Source: Paragordius varius (Eukaryota > Animalia > Nematomorpha). Taken from it: a DNA stretch of 64,000 bases. Position numbers and translations under genes: made by a program. The notes beneath the pieces were generated by a model. The model ran no database searches, was not told the DNA's origin, and was given only the letters and a program-made list of their open reading frames with translations. The stretch lies in assembly GCA_964247055.1 (NCBI GenBank), contig OZ176056.1, forward strand, positions 2,418,001-2,482,000, given 5' to 3'. This document shows positions 1 through 23,600 of this stretch, one piece after another (position 1 is the stretch's first letter; every line of letters starts with the position of its first letter).

Positions 1-878
1 CTTATAGCTGTGTATTACAAGTAAAATATTATAGCAAAATCACATAAATTGGGCACATATGTTAAATATATAATTGTGGTATATGGTTCAAATTATTTTG
101 ATATATATATATATATTATAATGCCGAAAAATGTTTGTCAGATATATTATAAAAGTATTACAAAAAACCGTTTTGATGGGCTAGATTTTTATTAAAAAAG
201 TCGGGATTGCCAGATGAGGACAATATATTTCAAATAAAATTTATTAGATATATATTCATTTTAAAATGTTTTTTAGCGTTTTTCCAAGTATATCAGAAAT
301 ACAAAAACACTAAATTATCCAAAACATTTATGTACCAAATTCTATGACGCAGAATTTTATATTTATAGGTGTTAAAATATTCATTTTTAATTCAAATGTT
401 AGAAAAATATTTAAAAAGGATAAATTTAAATGTGGTCAGATAGATTTTAAAATAAAATTTTTGTGTGATAGAAATCATCAGCGAAATTGAATTATATAAC
501 AGGAGAATGTTTTTGCGAATTTTCCATTTTTTTTGCCATCTTAAATTTTTTTTGAGAATAACATTCTTAATCGGCAATCTGGCTGTTTTGTGTTAAAAAT
601 ATGAGTTTATAAAGTTTAAATAGTATAAAACAAATTAGTAACATTTTAAATATTGCCCAAATCTGGTTTAACATATATAAATAAAATAATAAACAACATA
701 GCGCTAAATTTAACTTTCGATTATGAGATTCCTTTTCATACCATAAACCCCAAAATTAATCCGATTATAATCTCAGTATTACTATCGATCTATATTTATT
801 ATCGGGAAATTTTATTGAGTATTTTATCGTTTAAATACCATTCTTTTAGCCATTTTAAAATATATTTCAAAACCGTAG

Positions 879-1115
879 GGCTTTAAAGAATTGGAACAAT
901 TGAATGAGGTAGGGATTCTGACAAAAATTTTAGCAAAATACAAAATGGGCATCCTGAAACCCAAATGCCCAAAGTGTGGAGACTTTAAATACCTGATGTG
1001 TGTTCGATGCCATGGGGGGAAACGGTCATCCCTCGTGAATACATTTAGTCACATCCCGCTTAAATGCACTTACTGTGAACAGACTGGACTCTCAAAGTGT
1101 GATCAATGCAAATAA
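879..1115 (+). CDS. Terminal exon of a glutaredoxin domain-containing cysteine-rich protein (GRXCR-like); upstream exons not found in the window
   Basis: AG acceptor at 877-878, then GFKELEQLNEVGILTKIL...CPKCGDFKYLMCVRCHGGKRS...LKCTYCEQTGLSKCDQCK*. Four CxxC pairs in the spacing typical of the GRXCR C-terminus. Confidence 0.8.
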   Translation, partial: GFKELEQLNEVGILTKILAKYKMGILKPKCPKCGDFKYLMCVRCHGGKRSSLVNTFSHIPLKCTYCEQTGLSKCDQCK

Positions 1116-2921
1116 AATGAAATGATTGATTGTTGAAAAATAAAAAAGATTTATTTTTAAAGATTTTATCTTTTATGTTGTTAAAATAAATAAATTTGAA
1201 AGTTGTTTAATAGTATAGTTTTATAAAAACGACAAAATGGTTAGCAGAGTATTAGACGAAAAATGTTGAGGGAGACAATATAATTTTAAATTACTACTGA
1301 ATTTATAGCATAAAATTATTAATTAATAGAAACTTTTGATCATACTACAAAAAAAATTATGTAAAATGGAAAATTGTTATGCTAAGTTTAATTTTGCCAA
1401 CAAATACATAGGTTTTTTGTAAAATAGCCAATTACCTGCTAATTTTAAGAAAAATATATAATACTTGTTTTTTAAAGTTGTTTACTTCATTAGGACTTTG
1501 AAAGCGATATGCTTATTTTCGCCTGTCCATAAGTTAACCGTGAAATAAAGCTTTTCCAATATATTAATGGGTATTGATATATTTTATTAATGATGATTTA
1601 TATGTTTATAATTTAAGTTTAAAACTCTGAGAAAGCACACAATATTTACAGGTCAAAGTTATGGAACTCTAGTAATATAATAAATATTAGGCCTTTAAAT
1701 TTTAAATGACGAAAATCGAATTATTATTAAATTGAAGAATAATGTTTTTTGGGTTATATAATCCCTCAGATTTATTTTAAAGGATTTTTTTGACTCAAAT
1801 TTATTATAATAATCAATCTCCAAACCTATAAGTAGATAAAGTCACTGAAATAAACTAAAAGTCAAGTTAGACATTGATGACTTATAATTTAACATATTCA
1901 AGCAGATACTTTTTTATCAAAAATGGGCTTTATTGAAACTCATTGCATTTTTTCATAACACATATATTTATAATATAACGGAAAAAATGTAAAACCATAT
2001 ATCTATAAAATTATTATATTGGGCCAAATGCAATCATAGGGGAGAACTAAATTTCCGAAAACGCCTTTTTTCTGAAATACATATTAAGTAGAACTTCTAA
2101 TTAGTTCAAAAAAGTGGCATTGGAACCGGTGCGTGGACGGTTGAACCGAAACCGGGTTTATTCCAACCCCACAAAACCGGTTCCTTTGGAAATTCCCAGA
2201 ACAGAGTTGAGGTTCCATGGAGTAGCGAATCCAGTTTGAAGCCCCATTAATGGTTTTTTAGGTATTAGTAACTAGTATATTTTATTCTCTGGGTAGAGTT
2301 ATATCATAAATATGCATAATTCATATTACTTTGAAAAACAAACATTGTGAAAAGAGTATGGCCCAAAACAAAATAATTCTCTTAAAAAATTGCACTTTAA
2401 ATAGATTAGACCATTTTTAATTAGTGATACATAGAAAAATCCTAGCTTTGCTTTAATTGGATGGACTTATGGTTCTATTATTCATATATGCTCCCAAAAA
2501 GGACATGTTTGCAGTTTTACATAAAGCTTTTCAACTACAATTTCTAATATATATATTTTACTAGACATTCAGTGATAGTATGAGCAAATAAAATAATATA
2601 TGATTCTAGCATTGACACTTATCAGCTATATAATACCTGTCCATAACTATTTTATTTTTTTTATTTCATTGAATCCGAGCAAGGGTTTTTAGCAGCTTAA
2701 TAATTGCAAACGGGTTTCTCTTAGATAAAATAATTACTTATCCAAAATTAATATAATAAAAGGCTAATAAAAATATATTGCATTAAAGCGGTTTGGATTA
2801 GATCTTTATCAATGAAATGTAAGTAAAATATGGTAATAGAATAAAAATAATAATAAAATTAAGGTCAACATGTGCATGCACATTTTTATAAAATATTATT
2901 AATACTTTTCAGATTTAAACA

Positions 2922-11511
<8,590 letters not shown>

Positions 11512-12101
11512 ATTAATCCTAAAAATTTTGTAATAATGCATGCAATTCAATTTTGTTTTTAATAAATAAATGATCTATTGGGGAAATCATCAAAACTTCG
11601 ATAATTTGTTGTTTGAAACTTATAAAAGGTATAATACAGGGCCAATTCAACTTTTTTTGGTTTTTAGTAAAGTTTAGTTACTAGTATGGGTTAACGATTT
11701 AAAAACGCATCAAGCAATGTGTCAGCTAAGATAGTTTAGGTATATTTTGATTAAATAAATAAGAACTTTTTAAATAAATTGCTAATTACAAGCATGCCCA
11801 ACAAACAAGGCTTCGCGGGCCGCTTTAGACAAGCATTAGTATTAATAAATTTCAAATATCAAACTAACAAATTTGGGATCACCATATAGATATTTAAGGT
11901 ATTTAATATATGGAACCAAATATTCAAATCATCAGAGCTATTACGCAATCTTTTTATTGCTTTAAAAAAACTTTTGCCGCTCAGAATTCTCCATTGCCAA
12001 AATCTACCAATTATTTACAACAAAAAATTAAGTTTGCTTATGCATTAATTAATTGACCATTTCTAATTTTGTAAACAGCTGCCTTTGTGATAATCGGTAT
12101 A

Positions 12102-12800
12102 TTAACCCTCCATTACCACTTTTTTGTCCTAGTTTACCTTCTGGTATGCTTTAGATCCTATAGATGTTGCAAAATTATAGTATAAAAGTTACTGAGTTTA
12201 AATTTAATTATCAAACATTGTTCTCATGTATTGAATAAAAAGCTTTTTTTCAGTTTTAGAGTCTGAAATCGGTACAGCACTAAAAAACCTTTCGAAACCA
12301 ACAACATTTATTAAAGTCAAAATATATCAAGTGTCACTAAATGTAGCCTGAAAGCCTATTAAGGTTAATAATTTACAATTTCTAACCATAATATATTTTA
12401 TTTCTTGTTGCATTAGCGATTAATAAAAATGTAGAAAAAAATGGTGGCAAAAAAGTTTGAGATCAGGATTTTTTAATTTTAAAAATTTTCTTTTTCCAAA
12501 ATGCATTTAAAAGGCTACAGAAAAATATTTTAATATTCACTCTAATACCTGGAATTCTTTTTAAGATATTCAAATTTTAATCGCTCTGGAATATCATACT
12601 AAAAGATTATGGAGTGTTAATTTGCGACTGTAAAAGAGCTTTTTAAAATCTTTAATTAATAATAATATTTAAAAGCCATTATATTTTAATAAATTTACAT
12701 AGAAAGTTCTCAAAATACAAATCTTAAACATTTAAAAAAAAGTTTTAAACCCTATCCCAAACCAAACCTTGTTCTTTTTAAAATTAAATGGAATATTATA
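12102..12800. repeat. Dispersed repeat family (probable non-autonomous DNA transposon, TTAA-CCCT end)
   Basis: Motif CACTTTTTTGTCCTAGTTTACCTT recurs near 12118, 55428, 56584 and 62383, and reversed near 35330. A long internal block is shared with 34800-35350 and 56580-57070. Confidence 0.6.
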
Positions 12801-13277
12801 TTCATCGATCATAAAATTGTTAAGTTAAAAACTGATAGAAAATAGAATACTCATAAAAAATTTTTGTACATATGGTAGCTTATACTACTTGAAAAAATTT
12901 ACAAAATTTATGCATGTATATGTAAAAAATAGATGAATAATTCGATGTATAGGCTTCTATAAATATAAAATAAAAGATAAATCAAACTTAATTCCGTTAA
13001 TAAAATATCTTAAAAATATTAATTTGTCCTCACTATATTATACGTTTAAGCTTGAAATGTTTAAAACCTACCTACTTACCAAATCAAACCTTCTTAACAA
13101 AAAATATAATCATTGATCATAAATTGTTAAGTTTTTAAATTATCAGTATCAGATAGATTATAGAATACTGATAGAAATTTTTTGTAGATATGTAGCCTAT
13201 ACTAGAAACTTGAAAAAACGACAAAACCTAGTGTGAATAGATGGAAGTCGATGTATAGAATTTAAATATATAATCAA

Positions 13278-13810
13278 CACTTCGATTCGAATTAAGATAT
13301 CTAAATACCCCAGACAAAATTTAAATTTTTTATTTTGAAAAACTACTGAAGGAAACGGTTCTAATTTAAATTTTGCTTCTATCCTAATAAAAATTATATA
13401 AATATGCCAAAATATCTAAATTAAATTTTGTTTTGAAAAAAAAGTTTCATGTCAAACTACTTCGACACCATTTACGAAATTTTTGAATAATAGTGTCTTT
13501 ATTTAATTTTAAAAGTAAAACTAAAGCTAATTTTTCATTTAAATTACATCTAACATTGATAGAAATAAAAAAAGCGGTTTGTTTGTAGTTTTTTTATTTT
13601 ACCATTTCACCCATGTCAAGTTGACGAGATTTTTACCTTTCGGTTTTAGCTTAAAATAAGCAATATCAAGTATTTTTGAATAATTTTTTTTATATATTTC
13701 GGCTTATTAATGTTATATAAGTGCAAATTTTGTCATAGTTTCTCCATACTTTTTTAAGTATTTTATTTTAAATAGGCCTTATCCAACTACCCCAATTAAA
13801 ATCGAAGGAC
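13278..13810. mobile_element. TTAA-type MITE; inverted copy of the element at 53650-54210
   Basis: Ends CACTTCGATTCGAATT and ATCGAAGGAC-TTAA. Internal blocks (TACTGAAGGAAACGG, CCTTTCGGTTTTAGCTTAAAA) are reverse complements of 53820-54180. Confidence 0.7.
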
Positions 13811-14101
13811 TTAAATGAGTGTGTTGAATCCAAGTTTAAGCAGCGTTAAAATTAATAAAAATAATTTAAATGCTATATGTAAAAAATTAAATATATCTGT
13901 TAAATTTATTCATTTGCATTGCTTTGATTAGATTAATGGTAAAAAATTGCTTTGATTATATTAATGGTAAAAAAAATTTTTTTGTTTAATAAAAATAATT
14001 CAAATTTACATTTAATTGTTTTTTTAATATTTGTACTTTCGGATTTTTTTAAAAATAACATATGAATATAACCTTTAAATATTTGTACCACCGATTCTCA
14101 C

Positions 14102-17100
14102 ATGAGCAGGAATAGGATTGTCTACAAATCGGGCTATTTATTTACGCCTTCCTCGACTTTGTTGCGAGTAACCTTTTTATTCTATAAATTTTTAGAAAAC
14201 ATGGCAAAGAAAATGGTTTGTACTGCTAAAAGATTCTGCCAACGATGCCTTTAAATTGGAATGTTATGACAGCGAACGCCATTACGCTTTGGAACAGTTA
14301 ACCGCAAAAGGAAATCCTATTAAAACAAAAAAATCTCTTATTATTCGAGAAATCATATCTGTTAAAGATAGAAAAACGAAATCACGACCAATGGCGTTTG
14401 AACTTTTATCCAAAGAACATAAAAATATAAATAGCATTGTTGCATCTGCTGAAAACGAATTAGAGCACCATTCTTGGATAGAAACCCTAAAAAAATTACA
14501 AAATGAATTAATATTACCGTTAGGTGTTATTCCAAACGAATTTAAACCAAGCGATAATTTGAATATGGAAACGAATAATCCAAATCATTTAAATGGTAAT
14601 AAAGAAAATTATATTACACCATCCACGAATTTACGCTTCACAGGTAAATTTTTTATGATTAAATATTTTATAAGTCATTGGTTTTTACTTTTTATATTCA
14701 AACATATCTTATATTGCAGAAATACCATTTTTGGAACCTAAACCGTTAAATCTTGAGATTGGAAATAATGTCAATTCAAACAATAATGATAAAAATCACA
14801 GTGATAGCCTAAAAAATAAGTTAAATCCAACAGTTAATTCCAAATTATTAAACACTAACGTCAATTGTAACAATACCAATGGATTTTCCACACCAACACA
14901 TGATTTTATGGGTGAGCGGATAGACAGTAAGAGCCCATCTTTACAAGGCTTATCGTCTGCACCCCAAAATAATAACACCAATAATACGACATTTGAAGAA
15001 AATGAAAATTTAGTGTACAGTTCTGCCGAATTACGTAAGATTTGCAGATACATTAAATTTTTAATTTCTTTAAATTTAACGTATCAAATATCCTTATATA
15101 TTTGTAAATGGGTAATATATTCGAACCTAGGAAAGGGCGCAAAATTAGATGGTTGAACAGAAAAATTGAGTAATCCATGTGCAGTTACTTCCCTCTTTCA
15201 GGAGTCCGATTGTGGGCAAAATTTTTATGCGCATGCATCATGACGCTTTTTAAGAAAAATTGGAATTTTTAACTAAAACAGCACAAAATTTAATTTTATT
15301 GCTTTTGACTCTTTATTAATCCTTAAAATGCCTCATAGTTTGCGGGAAAGTAAACTTAAAACGATTAATAACTATATACTAGAACCTATTCAATAATCAG
15401 AAAACTGCATGGAGATTATCATGACCTCATTAGTTTATAGGCACTGTATATGTGAAAAAATCCCAATGGGGGCTTGGGTTTATTAGGGGATCCGCGCTGC
15501 ATTATAAATAATTTTCTCAATGAAAAAATTTTATAGTTAACAAACTTTACATTACATTACATATTTATATAGCTACTGGATATCGTGTATATGTTATACC
15601 AACTGATGCTTCTAAACGCTGTAATTTAATTTCATCCATGCCTAACAGTTCAAATAATTTGCATTATACCGAAAGCTTTTCTGGCATGAAAATGGATAAT
15701 TTCTCACCTGCTCAAAGTTTGCTATAAAATTTTATAAATAATTTTTTTCCAAAAAAATAAAAATTTGGATGTTTTTTAAAAAAAAATTTTTAGCTCTAAA
15801 TAAAGGACAACAACAGCCGATTGAAGATAAAAATGCTCCCTATTTCCTACTCGTTTCATCTCAAAGTTTATCCTTAAATCCGGTTCTTGAGAATGGAAAA
15901 CCTTCGAATCACACACTATACATTTGGCCTTATAGGTTAGATTTTTTGTAAATATTTTTATTTTTTCAAAAAATATTATTAATTTTAATTGATATTATGT
16001 AATTAATGACATTTATTTTATTTCGATTTGATATGATTTATATTTGATTGTAAATATTTTGATTGATTTTTTCTTTTATTCATGGAACAAAGAAGAAACC
16101 ACACAATTACAATTAATACAATAATAAAAATAGTACAGAGTTTAGTTTTAATTTTGTTAATTTATTGCACAATAAAACCGTTTTATTTTATAACATCAAA
16201 CTTTTTAACGTATAAATAGTAGGTTAATTAAAAACATTGTATATAACTTTTATTTTTATATCATATATTGATTAAAGATTGTAAATTTTTGTTTGATAAT
16301 ATTATGGAATTTCCGTTTTTTATTTATCGAACATTTAACTACTATATATAATTTATGTCTAACTTATTTTCTAGTTTTTCCGCTATTTTTTATTTTTAAT
16401 ATTCTAATAAAAATATTTTTGAATTATTATTAGCAAATTTGAGTTGAGTTAATATATAATATGTATTTGAGAATTAATATTATTGATTTGTAAAACAAAG
16501 AGAAAAGTATCAAATTGTTTTTGCTTTATATAAATAGCTATAACTTTGAATGTTTTCTAAATTTTTATAGATGCAACATAAATATATATAACTAATCAAT
16601 TTCCATGTTATTAGGTCAACATTTATACGTAAAACTAAACAGTTAAAACATATTATTTCAGTTGATTCTTTTTTGTTTTGTATTCTGGTTCAAATTTTTG
16701 CAAACTAATATATTTTTGATATTGAATTGAAATTAATAAAAAATTTTATGTAATAAGAATATTTTTTTAAAATGTGATTGAAAAATTGTATTGTGTTTGT
16801 TTATTATATGTGCTATTAAATACGGCATCGTTTTATAAATTCTCGTTTAACGTTTTTTTTATAAATATGGGCTGTTCTATACTAAACGAATGATTTAGGT
16901 CCAAAGAAACGGTTGTTTTGTTTTGGTCATTAAATATGAATTAATTTATGAGTTTTATTAATATTATTCTGAATAAATGATAAACGGAATTATATTTTAC
17001 ATAAAAATAGATTCAATTATATATTTAAAAATTTGTAAGGAAAATGCCTGAAGAATTTATTAAATTTTTTGGGTTTTTCTACATTTAGTCCTTATAAACT

Positions 17101-17580
17101 TTGATGAATCTATTTGCTCTATAATCTCATTTTCATGCAGACTTCTAGAAGTTTACTATTTGACCAGTTATTTTTTCAAATTTTTATGTTCTTATAAAAC
17201 TCTAACACCAGCATTCAATTGATTTCTTCAATCATGTGATAATAACGGTCTCTTGTTTAAAAATCTTAAATTTTTTTTAGGTAATGCAATAAGTATAATA
17301 TTAGCTGGTTTAAAAATTAAATAACTTTTTGGGATTTTTTGTGGGTCGCGTTTGTGTTTTTGAATATACGATTTTTCAGTCAAAATCAATTTTTTTAACC
17401 AAAAACCGCATTTTTAAATATATATCATTTTCAAGCCAACGCAACATTTTTTCTGTTGTCTTTGATTAAAAAATGTTGCGTTTGTATGAAAAAATGTTGC
17501 GTTTGCTTGAAAAATGGTATATAACATGAATAGAGACTGGATATGCCAAATTTATTAAAATAAGTAATTATGTATAAAAA

Positions 17581-17647
<67 letters not shown>

Positions 17648-20600
17648 GTTGATAACATCTCTAATTTTTTAAAAATGTAATATAGCATAAGTATGTTTGC
17701 CAAAGAACAAATGTTTAAAAGCAGAATTTACTTTATATAATGTCAAATAAAACCCTTAATTACATTAATTGCAAAAATATTTTATATTTTAGTCGTCGTT
17801 GATATAAACTGTGATTCAATAGAAATTTGTACAAAAAATGATAAAAATAAGTTTGTGGTGTTATTATTGATTTTAACTAAATAATAATTACTCGATTAAA
17901 ATATATATTTTTGAATCTAAATACAATTATGCTCCTTAAAATTTATCCATCAGAATTTTTATGTTTATGCGGGCATTGATTTTACCAAAGGCAATGATTT
18001 TCTTAGTGTGCTCTATACAAACTATACCTTTGACAAATCATTAAAAAATACGCCTCCTTACACTTTCTATAATCCCTGCTAAATGATAAAAAAATTGGTT
18101 TTTTTACGCCAATATATTCAAACTAATTTCAAATTCACCCTTAAACAATTCAAATTCACCCTCAAATAAAATATATGTTTTTAAATTAAATATTACCCAA
18201 TATTTTTATATATTTTTAAAAAAATAAAATTGTTTTTTTACATTTAAATAATACTGAAATAAATAATAAACTATGCCATAAAGATATATTTCTCATTAAT
18301 AATGAGTTATATTAGTTCGAAAACACATAATTTATTTTTAAGGGTGTTGAATTTGAATTGTTCAAGGGTGAATTTGAATTGTTTAAGGGTGAATTTGAAT
18401 TGTTCAAGGGTGAATTTGAATTGTGTAAGGGTGAATTTGAGCTGTAAATGGTATATATAAAACTAATTTTGAATTTATTTTAAATTAGATATATCCGTCG
18501 GTATGGCCGGAGTCGAAATGGTAAAGCTTTTACGTTTGAAGCTGGGCGGAAGTGTGAATCGGGTGAGGGTCTTTTCACCTTTAAAACCCCGCTAAATCTA
18601 GAGTTATTCCTCCAAGTTGCAGGCAACATGAAAGCACTTAAAGAAAAATTGGGTTTGGGTTTAAGTTCTGACCTTAATAGTCTTCAAAATATTGAACAAC
18701 TTGAAATTTTAACACAAGTCAAAACAAATGCTAATGAGGATAGTAACACGTTAAAAAGTAATCCTCAACAAGGAATATCTAATGGACAAACTGGGGTAGA
18801 AAATATAATTGGTGCAAAACCTCCTACTAATGTTTTTCCAAATGCGGGGAAGGAAATTGAAAATTGTAATATTAACACCGATGCAATGCAAATTAATGAA
18901 GGTTTGAATATTTAGTATTTTTTATTTTAAGTTTTTTGGAATTTCAATTTTTACTTTTAGGGTATGAAAATGTAAATATATAATTTTTTTTGGTGGGTGT
19001 AGATTAGAATTGAAAATATTTTTTTTTGAGTTAATAAAGATAATTCCAAGTTTTTTCGCAGTTTTCGATAAAATATATTTTTTTTGTTTTTTGTTAAAAT
19101 GTGCTTATAATACGCGATGCAAAAAATTGTTGATAATTGATAAAATATTTATTTTTCTTGTTTTTGTTAAAATTTGCTTATAATACGCGATGCAAAAATT
19201 GTTGGTAATAAAATCTTTAAACTTTAAATTTTTTATATAAATTAAAATTACTTTTTAATAATATAAAAAATATAAATTATATTTGTAGGACAATTAATAA
19301 TATCAGAGGCGTCTTCAACGTTTCACGATGATTTAGTTCAAGCCCTCAATAATTGTCAAATTACATGTTCCTCGCCTCCAAGTAAAATATTTTTTATAAT
19401 ATTTTTTTAATAAATTATAGTTTAATTTATAAAATATTAATAATTATTTTATGAAAATATTATAATTATCAATTTATAATTTTCTTAGCATTCTTAAAAA
19501 AGTTACTTTTTAAAAAGAGCATTCTTAAAAAAGTTGCTAACTTGAATGATATTTTGAAATTAAACGGAATTATAAATAAGATTTTATTATGATTAATTTT
19601 ATATATAAATGCGAAATTTTGTTCTATACTAACGTTAAAAAATAAACTTTAATATCGTTTTTTCCATTTTAACCCTGTTAGATAAAATTTTTGTTGATAA
19701 AACCTATTTTTGGGTAGTGTATGTTAGTTTTTGATGTAATTAAATATCTCCAATTTTATGGCATATTGCAAAAAAAATATTTTTGCTCTTATTTTAGCAA
19801 AACAACCTTTAGAAAATATAAAATTAGCCCTTAAAAAAGGCAACTAATATAAACTTATTGTTCTATAGCTTTTTCTAAAAAAACCAACTTTCTATATATC
19901 CATTTTAAGGGATAATATATAAATATTCATATATATTTTTACCTGTATTTTTTTACTCGTGTTTTTAGGGAAACAACAAACCTTAGTAGAAAATACTAAA
20001 TTATTAGCTTCTTCTCAAAACAACTCTGAAAAAACTACTTTGGAAATTATTAATATGAATGAAAATTCCAAAAACCTTCGAAATAATCATCAACATTTTT
20101 ACGATGAAATTAACTTGAATAATGGCGGGACTGAAGCGAAATCATCTCTAAACAATATTTCCCCTTCAAATAATTCAAATTTTTTAAACAACAACTTTAA
20201 TACTAATACATCGACGACTACGTATTCACAAGACCAAAATATTTACAGTGAATTGAATGATGTACAAAGTTTAAATTCGATTTCTCTTAATGAAACTAAA
20301 TCCGGTAATAAAATGCCTAAATTGAACAATAATTTATGCCAGGATATTACTACGAAAAACACTCTTAATACATCTTTAAATACACAACTGAGTGCTCAAA
20401 TATCACCCTCTAAAATACCGACCGTGGTTAAGAAAGGTTTTTTTAAAAGTTTTTTTTTTATATATCATTTACAGTTCAAATTCACCCTTTCGAACAATTC
20501 AAATTCACCCTGAAATTAATTATTTGTTTTTCAAGATTAAAAATTACATATGTTTTATAATATTTTTAAAAAATAAATTTTTTTCTAAAATTTGATATAA

Positions 20601-23600
20601 TACTGAAAAAAAAATAAATTATGCCATAAGAATATATTTTATACTAATGATGAGGTCATATCGCCCGAAAACACTTAATTTATTTTTAGGGTGAATTTGA
20701 ATTGTAAATGATATAGTTGATTATTTTATACATTAAAGAGTTTGTTTAATTTGGATTTTTTATTAATATCGTAACAAAATTTATTGATATTATATGGTTA
20801 ATAGGAAAATCATTTTAATTAAAGAGTTGATATTGTCAACATAAATAGTAAAAAAACTAATCTTTTTTTCAAATTGTAAACCCTTTGTTTGTTTTTTTTG
20901 AATTTTTTATATGTGGAATATTTAACCCTGAATTATATATTTACATGGGTATTATTTAAGAAAAATCAAGTATTAAATTTGTTTTTTTATTAATATTTCT
21001 CTTTATTAAAATACGATTTTTACTAAAAGAAACACAATTTTATAGTTTTCTTAGCAAGCCAAAATTATATAGTATATATATATATATATATATATATAAA
21101 TATATATTGAATAAAAATGAATATTCATTCTATTAGTTAATAAATAACTTTTTTTCATATATTTTTTTCATAAATTTTATAAGTGTTTCATCAACGGTAT
21201 AGAATTAAAAATTACGAAATAAATAAATCCATTTATATACCATTTACCGTTCAAATTCACCCTAAAAATAAATTGTGTTTTCGAACTAATATAACTCATT
21301 ATTAATACGAAATATATCTATATGGCATAATTTATTATTTTTTTAATATTTTAATTTAAATTTTAATTGAGGGTGAATTTGAAATGTTCAAGGGTGAATT
21401 TGAATTGTAAATGGTATATATATGGTTTTTTCTTTTTATAAAATATAAATTTAAATGCACTGTTGATAAAAATTATTAGTTTCTCCAACGGCAAGAAAAT
21501 CTTGTCCCATATCAGCTATAACGCCACGTATATCTATAAGAATACCTTCCCCTACACCACCCTTAAGCCCTAAAAACAATGTCATATTATTACAACAAAA
21601 AAATAACCCAAACTCAAATTTAACCCTAAATAATGGGGGGGCTTTTTCACAAAATTCCAATAATGGAAATAATTGTTTTTCAAATACTTCACCCTTGATT
21701 AGTATAAACGAAAATTCAAAACGTAAAAATCAATTGAATGGTAGTTTAGTTGATGAATACACTATACCTTATTATGAGGAATCGAAAAGCTGCAGTAAAA
21801 AATTTATATTTATTAAAAAATTCTAGTTTTTTTCATAAAATAATTTAAGTAAATGTAAATTGAGAAAAAAATACAAGTTTTTTTTGAATCATTTTTTTAG
21901 AATCAGAACGGTGGTTTTAAACACTTTTTATGTAAAATGTGATTGATCTTTATTTTATAGGTATATTATTTTATAAAACCTTTATTATATTTTTATATAT
22001 TTGTTTTTCGATTTTTAAAAGTAGTATATTTTTTATATATTTGTTTTTCGATTTAATTTAAAAGTAGTTTTCTTATAATAATACCCTTTAAAGTTTGTTG
22101 ATTATACTTTAAGGCTCTAAATTTACCTTATTCTAATTATCAATTGGGTTTTCTAAAATTATTCAACCAGCACGTTTTTTCAAGAAATATCCTTTAATAA
22201 TTTTATTTTAATGTTTTATAAATTTTTATCTTTTTTTTGGCTAAAAAAATAGATGATAATCCATTTAATTATACCGAACATGGCCAACAAGGAATGCAAG
22301 ATTTGACAGAAAACACAGTAGTGAATGAAGTTTTGGGTGAACTTAATAAAGTCTTAAACACTTATGCCACTGTCGGTAATTATTTTTGATTCTTTAAAAT
22401 TATATTTTTTCTTTTGAGAACGCATTTTTGTTTTGTTTTTCCATTGAAATTATTAATATACAGTGAATTTTCCTAAAATTACAGTCATGTGTCCTTTATT
22501 TTATTAAAAATTTATTTTTTCTTACGTTAAAAGGGTATAAATATTTGCTGGTAAAGAATGGAAAAAACAAGAGTTCCATGGTAATTTTTATAATTTTTTG
22601 ATGAATATGATATTGTTAATACCACAGTGCTCTTGTTTTTCCATTCTGTCAACAAAAATTTATACCCATTTAACGAAAGAAAATAAATTTTTGATAAAAT
22701 AAAGGATACATGACTGTACCCCCTTTATAATGAAAATCATTTCATATTTTGCTAGTTTTTGTTTAAAAATCATCGAAATCACAAAATAATATATGATATA
22801 CATCAATTTTAAACGATTATTGAAATTTTGGACTTGACTTTAAAATGCAAAAAGGGCTTCATAGTCAACATGCGAATAATTTAAACGTGTTTGTAATTTT
22901 AATAAATTTGTGTAAAATATAATTAAGGTTATATTTTATTGGAAAAAGGAGATATTATTCTAAATAATAAAATAAATTATATTTTGATTTGTCAAAAAGG
23001 GAAATTATTGTTCTCAAAAAAACAAGGTTTCCCAAAATTGGCTTATTATGACGAGTAAAGGGTTCCATTTTACTTTATATTTTGGATATTATTGCAACAT
23101 CAAATTTTATATAAGTTTTTAAAATTTTTTGAAATTAAATATTTTTTTAGATACTAACGGGCCAAAATCATTGGCTTTTAAAGAGTTTAGAAGAAAATCA
23201 AATTCTGTCGAACACCGTAAAAGCATTTTAAATGGGAACGGTGCAACTATTTTGGATAATTTAGCGAGTATTTTTTTTCAATACAGATTTTTAATTTTGC
23301 TGATATCGATTTTTAAATTATAGTTTTTGGGATAATATTTCAGTAAAAATTCCAAATACTTTTCAAAAGCAAATCATACTTTTTTAAATCCTAGTTTTTA
23401 CCATATAAATTAATTACGATTGTGAGATACATAATTGATAGTATCAATATAAAATCAATTAAAGCAATGATCTTTTTTATATATTTGTCTCTATATTTAT
23501 AAGTTTTGTCCGTATAATTTCAATTTTTACTGTAAATTAAATTTTATAAAGACAAAATAAGTAAAAAAATTATAAAGAAAACGATATTTATAAACCTTAT

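Noticed and set aside
17431-17703. ORF with IYIYIY repeat
   Set aside because: Artefact of the (TA)n microsatellite.
18355-18445. Tandem 21-nt AATTCAAATTCACCCTTGAAC-type repeats as a CRISPR array
   Set aside because: No unique spacers, eukaryotic context, and the units are subterminal repeats inside inverted MITE arms.
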